From positions 895,139 through 959,138 of the forward strand of contig CAJOIT010000003.1 in assembly GCA_905234755.1 (NCBI GenBank): a stretch of 64,000 bases of DNA, in the 5' to 3' direction. Shown one piece after another: positions 30,675 through 41,175 of the stretch (positions within the stretch are counted from its first letter, which is position 1; each line of letters opens with the position of its first letter). The stretch is from an uncultured Bacteroidales bacterium. Lineage in GTDB: Bacteria > Bacteroidota > Bacteroidia > Bacteroidales > ML635J-15. Under the pieces are notes generated by a model that had not been told where the DNA came from, made no database searches, and was given only the letters and a program-made list of their open reading frames with translations. The position numbers were made by a program, and so were the translations under genes.

Positions 30675-31240
30675 TCATCCCATCCTAAACTCCAACGGAC
30701 TTATCCCCTCGTACCTACGGAAAAATGTTCCGAAATGCGACTGGTTCTTGAAACCAAGTCGGTCGCTAATTTCCCGGACTGTCAGCGTAGTACTGCGCAA
30801 CAACCACTTCGACTGGGAAATAAGATTGTAGTTAATGCAATTGCCGGCACTCATGCCTGTAACCTGCTTCACCAGATTGGCAATGTACTTGGGCGTCAGG
30901 CACAACTCATCAGCATACCAGTCAATGCTGTGATGTTCGTGGCAATGTTGCTCCACCAAGGCGAGAAACCGTCCAACCAATTCCTCGGAACGCGAAAGCG
31001 TATAAAGCTTTTGGAACGAAGTGTCGTAAATACCATATATGAAATATGTCAACGAGCGGACAAGGTTTAGCGCAACCTCACGCACATTGGAAACATCGGG
31101 CGTCTGCAAAACCTCGCGCAACAGGTCGAAATAGCGCATAGCCACTTGCATCTGTGATTCCGACATTGGAAAAATCGGTCGCATATACGCCCTTATGTGT
31201 GCCTCGCCAGACAATTTCAAATTCAGTTCCTCGGCAAACA
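30675..31240 (-). pseudogene. AraC family regulator, 5'-truncated
   Basis: YADELCLTPKY, LGFKNQSHFGTFFRR..GISP; ORF N-terminus is antisense to a different gene fragment; junction approximate. Confidence 0.75.
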
Positions 31241-31572
31241 AGAAGAAACTCCTGAAAAAGACCGTAACCAAGATTAACGAAAAGTGCCACCTAAATGTTT
31301 TCATCGGCGAATTTTCGTATCCGTCGGGCAAGATGGACGGACCGTTCGCCAGCTGGAATAAAAAGGTAAAGGGTTACAAGCACGACCAGCAAGGTCAAGC
31401 CGACATATATTCAGATGTGGTATTGTGGGGCAAAACACACGGAATGGCTGGTATCCGCTACTGGGCTCCCGACAACAAAGGCTGGTACGCAATGTCGATG
31501 TTTGAATTTTCAGATAAGGTCGGCACCGCCAAAAACATCCTGCAAAACCACAAGGAGATTATTGAGAAATAG
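31241..31572 (+). pseudogene. C-terminal fragment of a clan GH-A glycoside hydrolase (GH53-like)
   Basis: VFIGEFSYP nucleophile-type motif, GQA, GIRYWAP; no start or N-terminal barrel. Confidence 0.6.
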
Positions 31573-31586
31573 TTTTTTGAATCTGA

Positions 31587-31615
31587 AAGTCCCGACTTAG
31601 GTCGGGATTTTTTTT
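31587..31615 (+). terminator. Intrinsic terminator
   Basis: gtcccgac-ttag-gtcgggat + T-run. Confidence 0.8.
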
Positions 31616-31755
31616 GCCCCTATGTTAGCATTTCACAATACCATTTTACCATGCACAAACTCAATCTCCAAAAATTTCAAAAAAAGTTAAAATAAAAACA
31701 CCTACAATACGAATTTATTTCTTAACTTTGGCATTTGTCTATAATTGTGTTTTTT

Positions 31756-33870
31756 ATGAAACGACTTTTAATAACGATTGCCGCAATAATATTGTCAATT
31801 CAGGCATTCTCGCAAATGATTCCTGACCAATTCACGGAAACAGTCACACTCACTGACCAAGATGGCAACACCCATGATATAAATGCATATCTTCGTGATG
31901 GGAAATATATATTTCTTGATTTTTTCTTCACGACTTGCCACTATTGTCAGGAAGAAATGCCTGATGTTGTTGCTTTATACAGGGAGATGGGCTGTAATGA
32001 AGCCGATGTCTTTTTCATTGGCATAGCCATCCATAATAGCGATGCTCCAAATACCATAGATTGGTATATCAACGAATTTAATGTGGAATACCCTATCGCT
32101 CCGTTAGAAACCAATCCGATAAACAGGACTTTATTTGACAACTGGGAACTTGACGGAACTCCAACATACATCTGCATCAGTCCAGACAGATCGATGCGTG
32201 AACTTGGCAGACCATTAAGTTCGGGAGAACTCGTTGGTCTTGGTGCACACGAAAGCGCTTGCCCCGACAATATGCCTGTAGCCGACTTTATAGCAAACAG
32301 AACCCGCATTCCTGCTGGCGAAACTGTAACATTCACCAACCGTTCACAACGTTCAACCGCATGGTCGTGGACATTCCAAGGTGGAGAACCTGCAACTTCT
32401 ACCGAAGAAAATCCTACAGTAACATATAACAATACCGGAACATTCACCGTATCGCTAACGGCAAGAAACAGACAGGGAAACGAAGATACAAAAACACGCA
32501 CCAGCTACATTGAGGTTGTACCACCTCCTACCGAAGCACCAACGGCATACTTCGCAGCCAACCAAGTTACCGTTATCGCTGGGAATACAATAAATTTCAC
32601 CGACCTATCACGAGGCGAACCATGGACATGGATTTGGACATTCGAAGGCGCACAGCCTACTAGTTCAAACGAACAGCATCCACACAACATCAGGTACAAC
32701 AATGTCGGAACATTCAATGTGACACTTATCGTGCAAAATACACTCGGTGCAGATACGCTAATGCTTGAAAACTACATCCATGTAATCCCATCTATAGGAG
32801 ATGCCGTACCAAAGGCAAAATTTTCCTGCGCAAATAGGCTCGTACAAGTAAACACACCTGTATATTTCGAAGACCAGTCGGAAGGATACCCGATGTTCTG
32901 GGCATGGGAATTTGAAGGAGGAACCCCATCTTATTCCGAATTCCAAGTTCTACCGGAAGGCGTAACCTACGAACATTCTGGCGTTTTCGATGTCACGCTT
33001 GCCGTTTCAAACACCAATGGTGGCGACATTCTTACAAAACATGAATACATGGTCGTTTACGAAAACTATGTTGGCTCGTACTGCGACACTCTCTGCAATC
33101 TGCGCGACGATGAAGTTGCCATAAAACTTGGTGCTCATGGACTAGATGGCTACCTTGGCGGACACAACAGCGACAGGATTACAATGTATGCTGACAAATT
33201 CGAGTACTACACATTCAACGAAATTTCATCCATAATCGTCCCAATCATGAAACTTGAGTACAGCAATCCAAACTCATACATTACATTCATCACATGGGAT
33301 GGCAACGACCCCGTACCAACAACCGTGCTCTCAGAACAAAAGGTTTACATGAGAGATTTAAGAGAAAACTATTACCAAAAAATAAATTTTGCAGAACCTC
33401 TTAAAGTTGACGGACCTTTCTACCTCGGATATTCGATTGATTACGGAAACGGAACAGACATTGTCATCGGACTTTCTCATAACAGAGGCTATGGTCGTCC
33501 AAGCACACTATTCGTATACAAGGACGATGTATGGCAAAATGTTTCAGATGCATACGACGACATATCAGCATCAACCGGAATAAAAGTAACATCATGCCTA
33601 GTTGGCATTGATGATCCCGAGTTCACCAGCAATGTTGAAATCTACCCCAACCCATGCAAAAACATGATTAACACTGAAAACGAATACGGATTTGAAGCAA
33701 ACGACTTCATTGAGATATTCGACAACCTCGGCAGACTTGTATATTCAAACTATAATCTCAGCGGTAACAGCATTGAAATAAATACAACAAACCTTCCAAA
33801 CGGCACCTACATCACAAGAATGTTCACTCAGGGAAAGGTTGCAGTCCAAAAGTTTGAAAAACTGGACTAA
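31756..33870 (+). CDS. T9SS type-A protein with TlpA/redoxin domain and three PKD domains
   Basis: LDFFFTTCHYC, three W.W.F.G PKD repeats, IYPNP CTD; -7 box TAACTTTG at 31723. Confidence 0.88.
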   Translation: MKRLLITIAAIILSIQAFSQMIPDQFTETVTLTDQDGNTHDINAYLRDGKYIFLDFFFTTCHYCQEEMPDVVALYREMGCNEADVFFIGIAIHNSDAPNTIDWYINEFNVEYPIAPLETNPINRTLFDNWELDGTPTYICISPDRSMRELGRPLSSGELVGLGAHESACPDNMPVADFIANRTRIPAGETVTFTNRSQRSTAWSWTFQGGEPATSTEENPTVTYNNTGTFTVSLTARNRQGNEDTKTRTSYIEVVPPPTEAPTAYFAANQVTVIAGNTINFTDLSRGEPWTWIWTFEGAQPTSSNEQHPHNIRYNNVGTFNVTLIVQNTLGADTLMLENYIHVIPSIGDAVPKAKFSCANRLVQVNTPVYFEDQSEGYPMFWAWEFEGGTPSYSEFQVLPEGVTYEHSGVFDVTLAVSNTNGGDILTKHEYMVVYENYVGSYCDTLCNLRDDEVAIKLGAHGLDGYLGGHNSDRITMYADKFEYYTFNEISSIIVPIMKLEYSNPNSYITFITWDGNDPVPTTVLSEQKVYMRDLRENYYQKINFAEPLKVDGPFYLGYSIDYGNGTDIVIGLSHNRGYGRPSTLFVYKDDVWQNVSDAYDDISASTGIKVTSCLVGIDDPEFTSNVEIYPNPCKNMINTENEYGFEANDFIEIFDNLGRLVYSNYNLSGNSIEINTTNLPNGTYITRMFTQGKVAVQKFEKLD

Positions 33871-33891
33871 TCACAACACCTATACTATTAC

Positions 33892-33921
33892 AAAACGGCA
33901 GCATTTACATGTTGCCGTTTT
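33892..33921 (+). terminator. Intrinsic terminator
   Basis: aaaacggcagcat-loop-atgttgccgtttt. Confidence 0.75.
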
Positions 33922-34118
33922 ATATTTATAACAAACTAACATTCAACATATTAACATTAACCATACAATAAATACGCCCTATTGGGAAACTCCAATAAAA
34001 ATAAAAGTGTTACCTTTGCGCGTCTTTTATTATTAGGCTACAGTGCTGATGAAGTGTAAATTTTATAATTTTCAACACATTAGCACTGCAATATGACTTA
34101 AATGAATGTAACGGACGA

Positions 34119-34925
34119 ATGAAAACTTTCAATAAGTACATCCGAAAGGACAGCACGGCACTGATTACGGGAGCGAGTTCAGGCATGGGACTTGAATATG
34201 CAAGACAACTCGCACAATCCGGATGCAACTTATTGATTGTAAGCAACGAGGAAGAAAAACTAAATGAAGTCGCCGAAAATCTGCAAAACGAATACAATGT
34301 AAAGGTTACTGCCAAGTATCAGGATTTGGCACAACAAGATGCAGCAAAGGAACTCTTCGACTTCTGCCAACAGAACAACATCCAGATTGACATACTTATT
34401 AATAATGCTGGCATTTTCTTCTTCAAGGAATTGAACAATGAATCCATCGGCAAGGCAAGCGCAATGCTGATGCTTCATGTATACACCCCCACCCGACTAT
34501 GCTCGATGTTCGGTGACGAAATGAAGAAACGAGGCTATGGATACATACTTACAGTTTCATCCGTGACTGCACACATCCAAGTGCCTGGACTAACAATGTA
34601 CGCAGCAACCAAATCTTACCTGAAGAGTTTCATGAAGTCGCTGTGGTACGAAATGCGCCCTTACGGAGTACACACAACCGTTGTTTGCCCGGGAGCAGTT
34701 GATACTCCATTGTACAACATAAGTCCGAAGTACAACAAACTAATGAGGTTTGCCGTGAAAATTAGAGTTGTATATCCACCTCAACTGCTTGTAAACAAGG
34801 CACTGAAAGCCATGTTCCGCAAACGCCGTTGCAAGACTCCAGGCTTCATCAACTTGATATGGCCACCACTCGTCAATGCTATACCGAGATGCATTGTAAA
34901 CAAAATTTGGAAGAAATACATTTAA
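34119..34925 (+). CDS. SDR family oxidoreductase (paralog of 17420-18247)
   Basis: TGASSGMG, NNAG, YAATK, PGAVDT. Confidence 0.88.
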   Translation: MKTFNKYIRKDSTALITGASSGMGLEYARQLAQSGCNLLIVSNEEEKLNEVAENLQNEYNVKVTAKYQDLAQQDAAKELFDFCQQNNIQIDILINNAGIFFFKELNNESIGKASAMLMLHVYTPTRLCSMFGDEMKKRGYGYILTVSSVTAHIQVPGLTMYAATKSYLKSFMKSLWYEMRPYGVHTTVVCPGAVDTPLYNISPKYNKLMRFAVKIRVVYPPQLLVNKALKAMFRKRRCKTPGFINLIWPPLVNAIPRCIVNKIWKKYI

Positions 34926-34954
34926 AATGACAATAAATTCAAAAAAAATAAAAC

Positions 34955-35908
34955 ATGAGAATAATTAGGGACTACACATTAATTTTATTGGTACTGGCAA
35001 CAGCATTTACCGCTAATGCACAAACATACAAGAATGTACAATACGGCAACTTTGAAAGCTGGACTGTCCGCGACATAGAAGAATCGTTAATTATTGGCGG
35101 TGAGACAAAACGCATATACGCAATTGGACCTCGCGACACCTTACGCGAAAACAAGGCCTTGAACATCAAGTCGATATGGGCGACATCGAATACATACGCC
35201 AAAGTTGCAGGTATTTCCAAAACCAGCAACACCGTATATCCCGAAAAGCGTGGTAACGGCTACTGCGCAAAACTTACAACAGAATACGCAGAATGCAAGG
35301 TTATCGGTATTATTAATATTAAGGTGTTGGTTTCAGGTTCAATATACTGGGGCAAAGCCCACGAACCTATCGACGGAGCAAGCAACCCGTACAGCAAAAT
35401 GAGATGGGGCGTTCCGTTCACAAACAAGCCAAAGGCTCTGGTTCTTGACTACAAGTCGGCAATGCCAAACAAGGGCACAATCACAACTTGCAAGACCTTG
35501 TCATCATCAAGCCGCGCCGGAAACGATGAACAACAAATTGTATTTGTTTTGCAAAACCGCTGGGAAGACGAAAAAGGAAATGTCTATGCAAAGCGCGTAG
35601 GAACAGCTATATATCACATTACCAACCCGACAAAGGATTGGGTAAACGGATTCCGCATTCCTGTAATCTATGGTGATGCAACCAAATCGCCAAACTACAA
35701 GCCATACATGAACCTCGGTCCATTGAAGGACAATATGTACACAATAAACAGCAAGGGCAAGAATGTAGAAATACAAGAAGTTGGCTGGGGTGATGAAAAT
35801 ACACCCGTAACACACGCAATCATGCTCATAAGCGCATCGTGCCAGGAAGCATTTTCGGGAACAATTGGCAACACCCTTTGGGTTGACAACATTAAGCTCG
35901 AATACTAA
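34955..35908 (+). CDS. PCMD (putative carbohydrate metabolism domain) protein, copy 1
   Basis: GNFESW, WATSN, TLWVDNIKLEY; signal peptide. Confidence 0.8.
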   Translation: MRIIRDYTLILLVLATAFTANAQTYKNVQYGNFESWTVRDIEESLIIGGETKRIYAIGPRDTLRENKALNIKSIWATSNTYAKVAGISKTSNTVYPEKRGNGYCAKLTTEYAECKVIGIINIKVLVSGSIYWGKAHEPIDGASNPYSKMRWGVPFTNKPKALVLDYKSAMPNKGTITTCKTLSSSSRAGNDEQQIVFVLQNRWEDEKGNVYAKRVGTAIYHITNPTKDWVNGFRIPVIYGDATKSPNYKPYMNLGPLKDNMYTINSKGKNVEIQEVGWGDENTPVTHAIMLISASCQEAFSGTIGNTLWVDNIKLEY

Positions 35909-36282
35909 TGGCAGCTCATCTCGGTCAAATTTTCATCGAAGACATGGAATTCTTTGCTTTCCATGGTCACTATGATGAAGAAAAGTTTGCTGGAAACAGA
36001 TTTTCCGTCAGTATTTACCTGTGGACCGACACCTGCAAGGCCGAAAAAACAGACAACCTTGACGATGCACTAAACTATCAGGTAGTTTATGCAATTATCA
36101 GCGACATAATGAAAAACACCAAGTCGAACCTTGTCGAAAACCTTGCATCAAATATTCTAAATGCAATATTCCAACGCTTTCCAGAACTACAGAAAGCAAA
36201 AATTAGAATTGCAAAGCTAAATCCTCCCATGGGAGGCAAAATTGGCAAGGTTGGCGTTGAAATAGAAAAAGAAAGAGATTAG
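35908..36282 (+). CDS. folB: Dihydroneopterin aldolase
   Basis: FFAFHG..EE, D.LDDALNY, LVE, KLNPP. Confidence 0.92.
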   Translation: MAAHLGQIFIEDMEFFAFHGHYDEEKFAGNRFSVSIYLWTDTCKAEKTDNLDDALNYQVVYAIISDIMKNTKSNLVENLASNILNAIFQRFPELQKAKIRIAKLNPPMGGKIGKVGVEIEKERD

Positions 36283-36740
36283 CGAATCTTTTCCCACACC
36301 TTTTCCACAAGTTCAGGCTCGAAGCCTCTGCTATACGCAAATCTGAAAACAGAAGCCTTAAGCTTGTATTCGTCATCGTCACGCACCGACTTTAATTTGG
36401 CACGCAAAAGGCTTTCCAACAACGACTTATATTCCGTCTCATCAATTTCGGAGAGTGGCTGCAACATCAATTTTTCAGAAATTCCTTTTGCCAGCAATGC
36501 CTGACGAATTTTCAACCGCCCCCACTTGTTGAACTTGAAGGCATCGGAAACGAATGCCCGTGCATAACGGGCATTGTCGACAAACTTGTCGTCTACCAAA
36601 CTGGCAACAATCCTTGCGATAACTTTTGTATCAACGCCCTGCTTATACAAATAGGTACGAACATCGCTTTCGCACTTTTCGGCTCGCGAGCAGTACGACT
36701 GCGCCTTCGACAAATATTTTTCAAACTCTTCCGATTCCAC
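36279..36740 (-). CDS. recX: Regulatory protein RecX
   Basis: YCSRAE.C, FVDNARYA, KWGRLKI, RGF. Confidence 0.9.
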   Translation of the reverse strand: MESEEFEKYLSKAQSYCSRAEKCESDVRTYLYKQGVDTKVIARIVASLVDDKFVDNARYARAFVSDAFKFNKWGRLKIRQALLAKGISEKLMLQPLSEIDETEYKSLLESLLRAKLKSVRDDDEYKLKASVFRFAYSRGFEPELVEKVWEKIR

Positions 36741-36755
36741 AACTTTGCATTAAAT

Positions 36756-37553
36756 TCAACCTACCGTCAATTTTACCTTATATCCCGAATGACTGCGCAC
36801 ATTCAGCGCAAGTCCGTTGTCAAACAACAGATACTGCCCTTTTATTCCAGCAAGCACACCGCTTATTATATCGCAAGTATCAAGCGAAACAGCCTTTATG
36901 TTTGCCAACTTATAATCGTATGGATAAAATATTTCAGTCACCGAGTCGTCAAAAGAAGCGTATAGTCGCAAATCCTCAGGCAACATGGGCAGAAAATATT
37001 TCTTTCTCTCAACCAAATCAAGATTCGGCTTTGAAATTGCCAGCATCATCTTCCAATTTGTCTTATCCGACAAATGCCTCTTCATCTCGACCTCGATTTG
37101 TCCTGCAATATTGCGGTAAGGCGTTTTGGCAAACTTTATTGCAGCTACAGCACCTTGGTCAATCCAACGAGTTGGAATCTGGTTATAGCGTGTAACACCG
37201 ACCTTCAAATCGCCAGTAAATGCCAGATACACATAGTGATCAATCAGCGAATATTTCTTCGACCATTCAATGTCGCGCGAAATTCCAAGGTGCGCCATAT
37301 CCTTCTCGGGATTGAAAACGCCCTCGTCACATTCGGGCAAAGTAGTGTAACACTTGAAGCAATGTCCGTTCATATAGCTTCGGCGAGTAACATCACCGCA
37401 CGAGATACAATTAATGAGGTGTTGGTATTCAATCGTTATGCGACTGCCAATCAAGTCGTTCATAAAAATTTCGGTATCGCCAGCCGCAAGAAAGTAACGG
37501 ATAGGAAATCCGTACTCGGTGCGCATCTTCGATATGTTAAGTTCGGTTGTCAT
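36756..37553 (-). CDS. DUF2797 domain protein
   Basis: CISCG, CFKC, HYVYLA, KVGVTR..IPTRWIDQGA, GIKGQYL. Confidence 0.85.
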   Translation of the reverse strand: MTTELNISKMRTEYGFPIRYFLAAGDTEIFMNDLIGSRITIEYQHLINCISCGDVTRRSYMNGHCFKCYTTLPECDEGVFNPEKDMAHLGISRDIEWSKKYSLIDHYVYLAFTGDLKVGVTRYNQIPTRWIDQGAVAAIKFAKTPYRNIAGQIEVEMKRHLSDKTNWKMMLAISKPNLDLVERKKYFLPMLPEDLRLYASFDDSVTEIFYPYDYKLANIKAVSLDTCDIISGVLAGIKGQYLLFDNGLALNVRSHSGYKVKLTVG

Positions 37554-37556
37554 TTG

Positions 37557-38498
37557 TTATTTCACCTTCAAAATCTTATCCAACAACACTTGCGCCAGCT
37601 TCACCTTCGACTCAACAGTCCAGCCTGCGATATGTGGAGACATTATAACATTGTCGCACTGCGCAAGATAGCGGAAATCAGGATTGTCTGTCATCTTTTT
37701 GGTCGCTTCGAACGAAGTTTCCTCATATTCAATAACATCCAGCCCCGCCGCAACAATCTTCCCCGACTGCAATGCCGAAACCAAAGCAGATGTTTTCACA
37801 ACTGGTCCACGCGAAGCATTGAGCAAAACAAACGGATTTTTGAAACGCTCAATAAACTCATCGTCAACCATATACTTTGTTTCATTGGTTAGCGGAACAT
37901 GCAAACTCAGCACATCGGCATTTGCAAAAATATCATCAAGTGAAACTTCCTCGGCATAACCATCAGAATAATTTGTCTTGTACTTATCGTATGCAAGTAC
38001 CTTGCAGCCAAATCCAGACAATTTTCGTGCAAATGACGAACCCATGTTTCCGTAGCCGATAATTCCTGCCGTACGGAAACCAAGTTCGCGACCACGATTC
38101 ATCTCGCGCTTCCATTCGCCTACCTTTACCTGACGGTCGGCACGATTGAGATTATTGAGCAGCGACAGCAACATACCAACAGTATGCTCGCCAACTGCAT
38201 CGCGGTTTCCTTCAGGCGAATTGAGGCACAAAATGCCTTTCGACTCGCAATAATCCACATCAATTGTCTCCATGCCTGCACCAACTCGCGCAACATAACG
38301 CAGACATTTTGCAGCATCAACAAATTCACGGTCAATGTTTATGCGACTTCGCAACACTATGCCAAAAGCATCGCTAACCTGCGAAATGATTTCATCACGA
38401 TTCCATTTTGTTGCATCAACAACATCATAGCCTGCATTTTGCAAGCCATCAGTTATTATTGCGTGTACATCGTCAATTATCAGCACCTTACTTTTCAT
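37557..38498 (-). CDS. D-2-hydroxyacid dehydrogenase (phosphoglycerate dehydrogenase-like)
   Basis: ARVGAG, GIIGYGNMG, LHVPL, NASRG, SPHIAGWT; likely start MKSKVL at 38498. Confidence 0.88.
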   Translation of the reverse strand: MKSKVLIIDDVHAIITDGLQNAGYDVVDATKWNRDEIISQVSDAFGIVLRSRINIDREFVDAAKCLRYVARVGAGMETIDVDYCESKGILCLNSPEGNRDAVGEHTVGMLLSLLNNLNRADRQVKVGEWKREMNRGRELGFRTAGIIGYGNMGSSFARKLSGFGCKVLAYDKYKTNYSDGYAEEVSLDDIFANADVLSLHVPLTNETKYMVDDEFIERFKNPFVLLNASRGPVVKTSALVSALQSGKIVAAGLDVIEYEETSFEATKKMTDNPDFRYLAQCDNVIMSPHIAGWTVESKVKLAQVLLDKILKVK

Positions 38499-38514
38499 AA
38501 CACAAGATTTTCGT

Positions 38515-39315
38515 TTACAACAACCTTTCCAAAGCATCATAGTATTTCGGAGAAACAGGAATCGTATCTGCACCATTAATATCAAGTTCTGCCACAACAA
38601 CGCCTTGCTTGTCCTTACGCAACACCTTGACATGCTTTGGATTAACAAAAAATGAACGCTGGCATCGCACCAGTCCGTACTTCTGAAGCAACGGTTCAAG
38701 CGACTTCATCGTATTGCGAAGCACATAATCCTTTAGGTTTTCGCTCTCCATATACTTGATTCTCACATAATTCTCTTCGGCTTTCACATACAAGATTGCA
38801 TCCGAAGAAACAACCAGTTTCAGTTTCTGGGTATTGTCGCTGAACCTCACCAGATTCCTTTCCGACACATCAACGGTCTCGGGCTTATGTGACACGATAA
38901 CAGCAAGAGTAATAACAACATACGGAAAAACCAAAATTATGAGGTTTATGAACATGCATATTCCAACGGCATCAAAATACGGATATTCACCATTATACAT
39001 CAGCGACATATACATAGCCATAAACAACGACGCTACAATCTGTTCCAACACAAACCACAGCGAAATATAGAACCAATTGAGCGACATTTTCCGCCTGAAA
39101 GCGAAAAGCAGAGTCCTTGACAGCAATAGCACTCCAAACAATATGCAGAACTGCATAGTTGCATTGAAAGCCAGCATTCCGCGTCCCATATCATAGAATT
39201 CAACAATCTGAATCGGACGATACAAGAACACAAAACCTATGAAAAAGCCAGATATACCAAACAGATATGCAATCTGTATGCCCAGAGAAGAAAATCTCTC
39301 TAACAACCTAGTCAT
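38515..39315 (-). CDS. Membrane-bound LytTR family regulator
   Basis: 4 TM helices, ILYVKAEENYV, LRNTMK, RCQRSFFVN. Confidence 0.88.
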   Translation of the reverse strand: MTRLLERFSSLGIQIAYLFGISGFFIGFVFLYRPIQIVEFYDMGRGMLAFNATMQFCILFGVLLLSRTLLFAFRRKMSLNWFYISLWFVLEQIVASLFMAMYMSLMYNGEYPYFDAVGICMFINLIILVFPYVVITLAVIVSHKPETVDVSERNLVRFSDNTQKLKLVVSSDAILYVKAEENYVRIKYMESENLKDYVLRNTMKSLEPLLQKYGLVRCQRSFFVNPKHVKVLRKDKQGVVVAELDINGADTIPVSPKYYDALERLL

Positions 39316-39343
39316 CAGCGTACTAATTTAGTTCAAAATATAC

Positions 39344-39398
39344 TGTGACGAAATTCCAAACAAGCAAAATTCGTCACACATTTCAAAAATTCGTCACA
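39344..39398. promoter_or_regulatory. Candidate LytTR operator
   Basis: aaaattcgtcaca twice (20-bp period) plus inverted tgtgacgaa. Confidence 0.6.
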
Positions 39399-39496
39399 AA
39401 AATAATCATTCTATCAAAGATAGAAACGGTAAATCACATAAAATTTTTCGAGAGTATATACCCAGTAATTTTGCGGCGTAAACAAACCGAGAAACA

Positions 39497-40222
39497 ATGG
39501 ACGAAAGAAGAAAAAAAATTGTGGCCTTTGGCGATTCAATAATTAAAGGTGTGATATCCGAAGGCGATGACAACGGTATCAAATACAAGATTCCGGAAAA
39601 AACTGCTACCGACATCTGCGGACACGAATTGGGAATGGGTGTCTGCAACTATGGAAAGTTCGGCAGCATAATAACTGCAGGAGAAAAAATAATCGACAAG
39701 AACATCGACAAGATTTCCGAAAACGACATTGTGCTTATCGAATACGGTGGCAACGACAGCGATAAAATGTGGACAGAAATTGCAGAAAATCCCAATGTCG
39801 AACACAAAGCCAAAACACCGCTACCAGCATTTGCAGAAACCTATCATCGTATCATACAAAAACTGAAACAGATAGGTGCAAAAATATACATGCTGACAAT
39901 GCCACCTATTGACGCCGTATCGTATTTCCGCCATTTCACAAAAGGAATGACCGAAAAACAAATCAACAACATCAAACAATGGCTCTACGGCAACTTGGAT
40001 GTCATCAGTTTGTGGCACGAAATGTACAATCAGGAAATAATAAAGGTTGCCTACTCCGAAAATGTCGAACTAATCAACATCTATCAGCCATTCATTGACA
40101 GGCTCGACTACCGCTCGCTTTTCTGCTGTGATGGAATACACCCGAACCAGAAAGGGCAAAAAATCATAGCCGACCTAATAATAAACAATGTAAAGACGCA
40201 TAGCCATGCGTCTCACATATAA
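39497..40222 (+). CDS. SGNH/GDSL hydrolase
   Basis: FGDS, GGND, DGIHP. Confidence 0.9.
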   Translation: MDERRKKIVAFGDSIIKGVISEGDDNGIKYKIPEKTATDICGHELGMGVCNYGKFGSIITAGEKIIDKNIDKISENDIVLIEYGGNDSDKMWTEIAENPNVEHKAKTPLPAFAETYHRIIQKLKQIGAKIYMLTMPPIDAVSYFRHFTKGMTEKQINNIKQWLYGNLDVISLWHEMYNQEIIKVAYSENVELINIYQPFIDRLDYRSLFCCDGIHPNQKGQKIIADLIINNVKTHSHASHI

Positions 40223-40233
40223 TCATAAAAAAA

Positions 40234-41175
40234 ATGAAACCTTTAGCATATATATTACTGACAATCATAACAATTACCGCCAATGCGCAGACATACAAGA
40301 ATGTACAATACGGCAACTTTGAAAACTGGGTTGTCCGCGACATTGAAGAATCACTGATTATTGGCGGCGAAACAAAACGCATATACGCAATTGGCCCACG
40401 CGACACAATCCGCGAGAACAAAGCATTGAACATCAAGTCGATATGGGCGACATCAAACACTTATGCAAAAGTTGCAGGTATATCAAAGACGAGCAACACC
40501 GTATATCCCGAAAAGCGTGGCGATGGCTATTGCGCAAAACTTACAACCGAATACGCCGAATGCAAGGTTATCGGCATAATAAACATTAAGGTATTGGTCT
40601 CTGGCACAATATACTGGGGCAAAGCACACGAGCCAGTCAGCGGCACCGACAATCCGTACAGCAAAATGAGATGGGGAGTGCCATTCACCAACAAGCCCAA
40701 GGCGCTAGTCCTCGACTACAAGTCGGCAATGCCAAACAAGGGCACAATAACCACTTGCAAGACCTTGTCTTCATCTAGCAGAGCAGGAAACGATGGACAC
40801 GAAATAATTTTCATACTGCAAAACCGCTGGGAGGACGAAAAGGGCAATGTCTATGCAAAGCGCGTAGGCACAGCGATTTACAATGTCAGCAATCCGACAA
40901 ACGGCTGGGTAAACGGCTTCCGCATACCAGTCATATACGGAGATGCCACCAAATCACCCAACTACAAACCATATATGAACCTTGGTCCAAAGAAGGACAA
41001 CTTCTATACAATCAACAGCAAAGGCAAGAATATTGAAATACAAGAAGTTGACTGGGGTGATGAAAACACGCCTGTAACTCACGCAATTTTGCTTATAAGC
41101 GCATCGTGTCAGGAAGCATTTTCGGGAACAATCGGAAATACAATCTGGGTGGATAATATAAAGTTGGAATATTAG
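40234..41175 (+). CDS. PCMD protein, copy 2
   Basis: Highly similar to 34955-35908 except signal peptide. Confidence 0.8.
   Translation: MKPLAYILLTIITITANAQTYKNVQYGNFENWVVRDIEESLIIGGETKRIYAIGPRDTIRENKALNIKSIWATSNTYAKVAGISKTSNTVYPEKRGDGYCAKLTTEYAECKVIGIINIKVLVSGTIYWGKAHEPVSGTDNPYSKMRWGVPFTNKPKALVLDYKSAMPNKGTITTCKTLSSSSRAGNDGHEIIFILQNRWEDEKGNVYAKRVGTAIYNVSNPTNGWVNGFRIPVIYGDATKSPNYKPYMNLGPKKDNFYTINSKGKNIEIQEVDWGDENTPVTHAILLISASCQEAFSGTIGNTIWVDNIKLEY

Noticed and set aside
38499-38699. N-terminal extension of the 380-aa dehydrogenase ORF
   Set aside because: Overlaps the LytTR gene; family homology starts at MKSKVL (38498)
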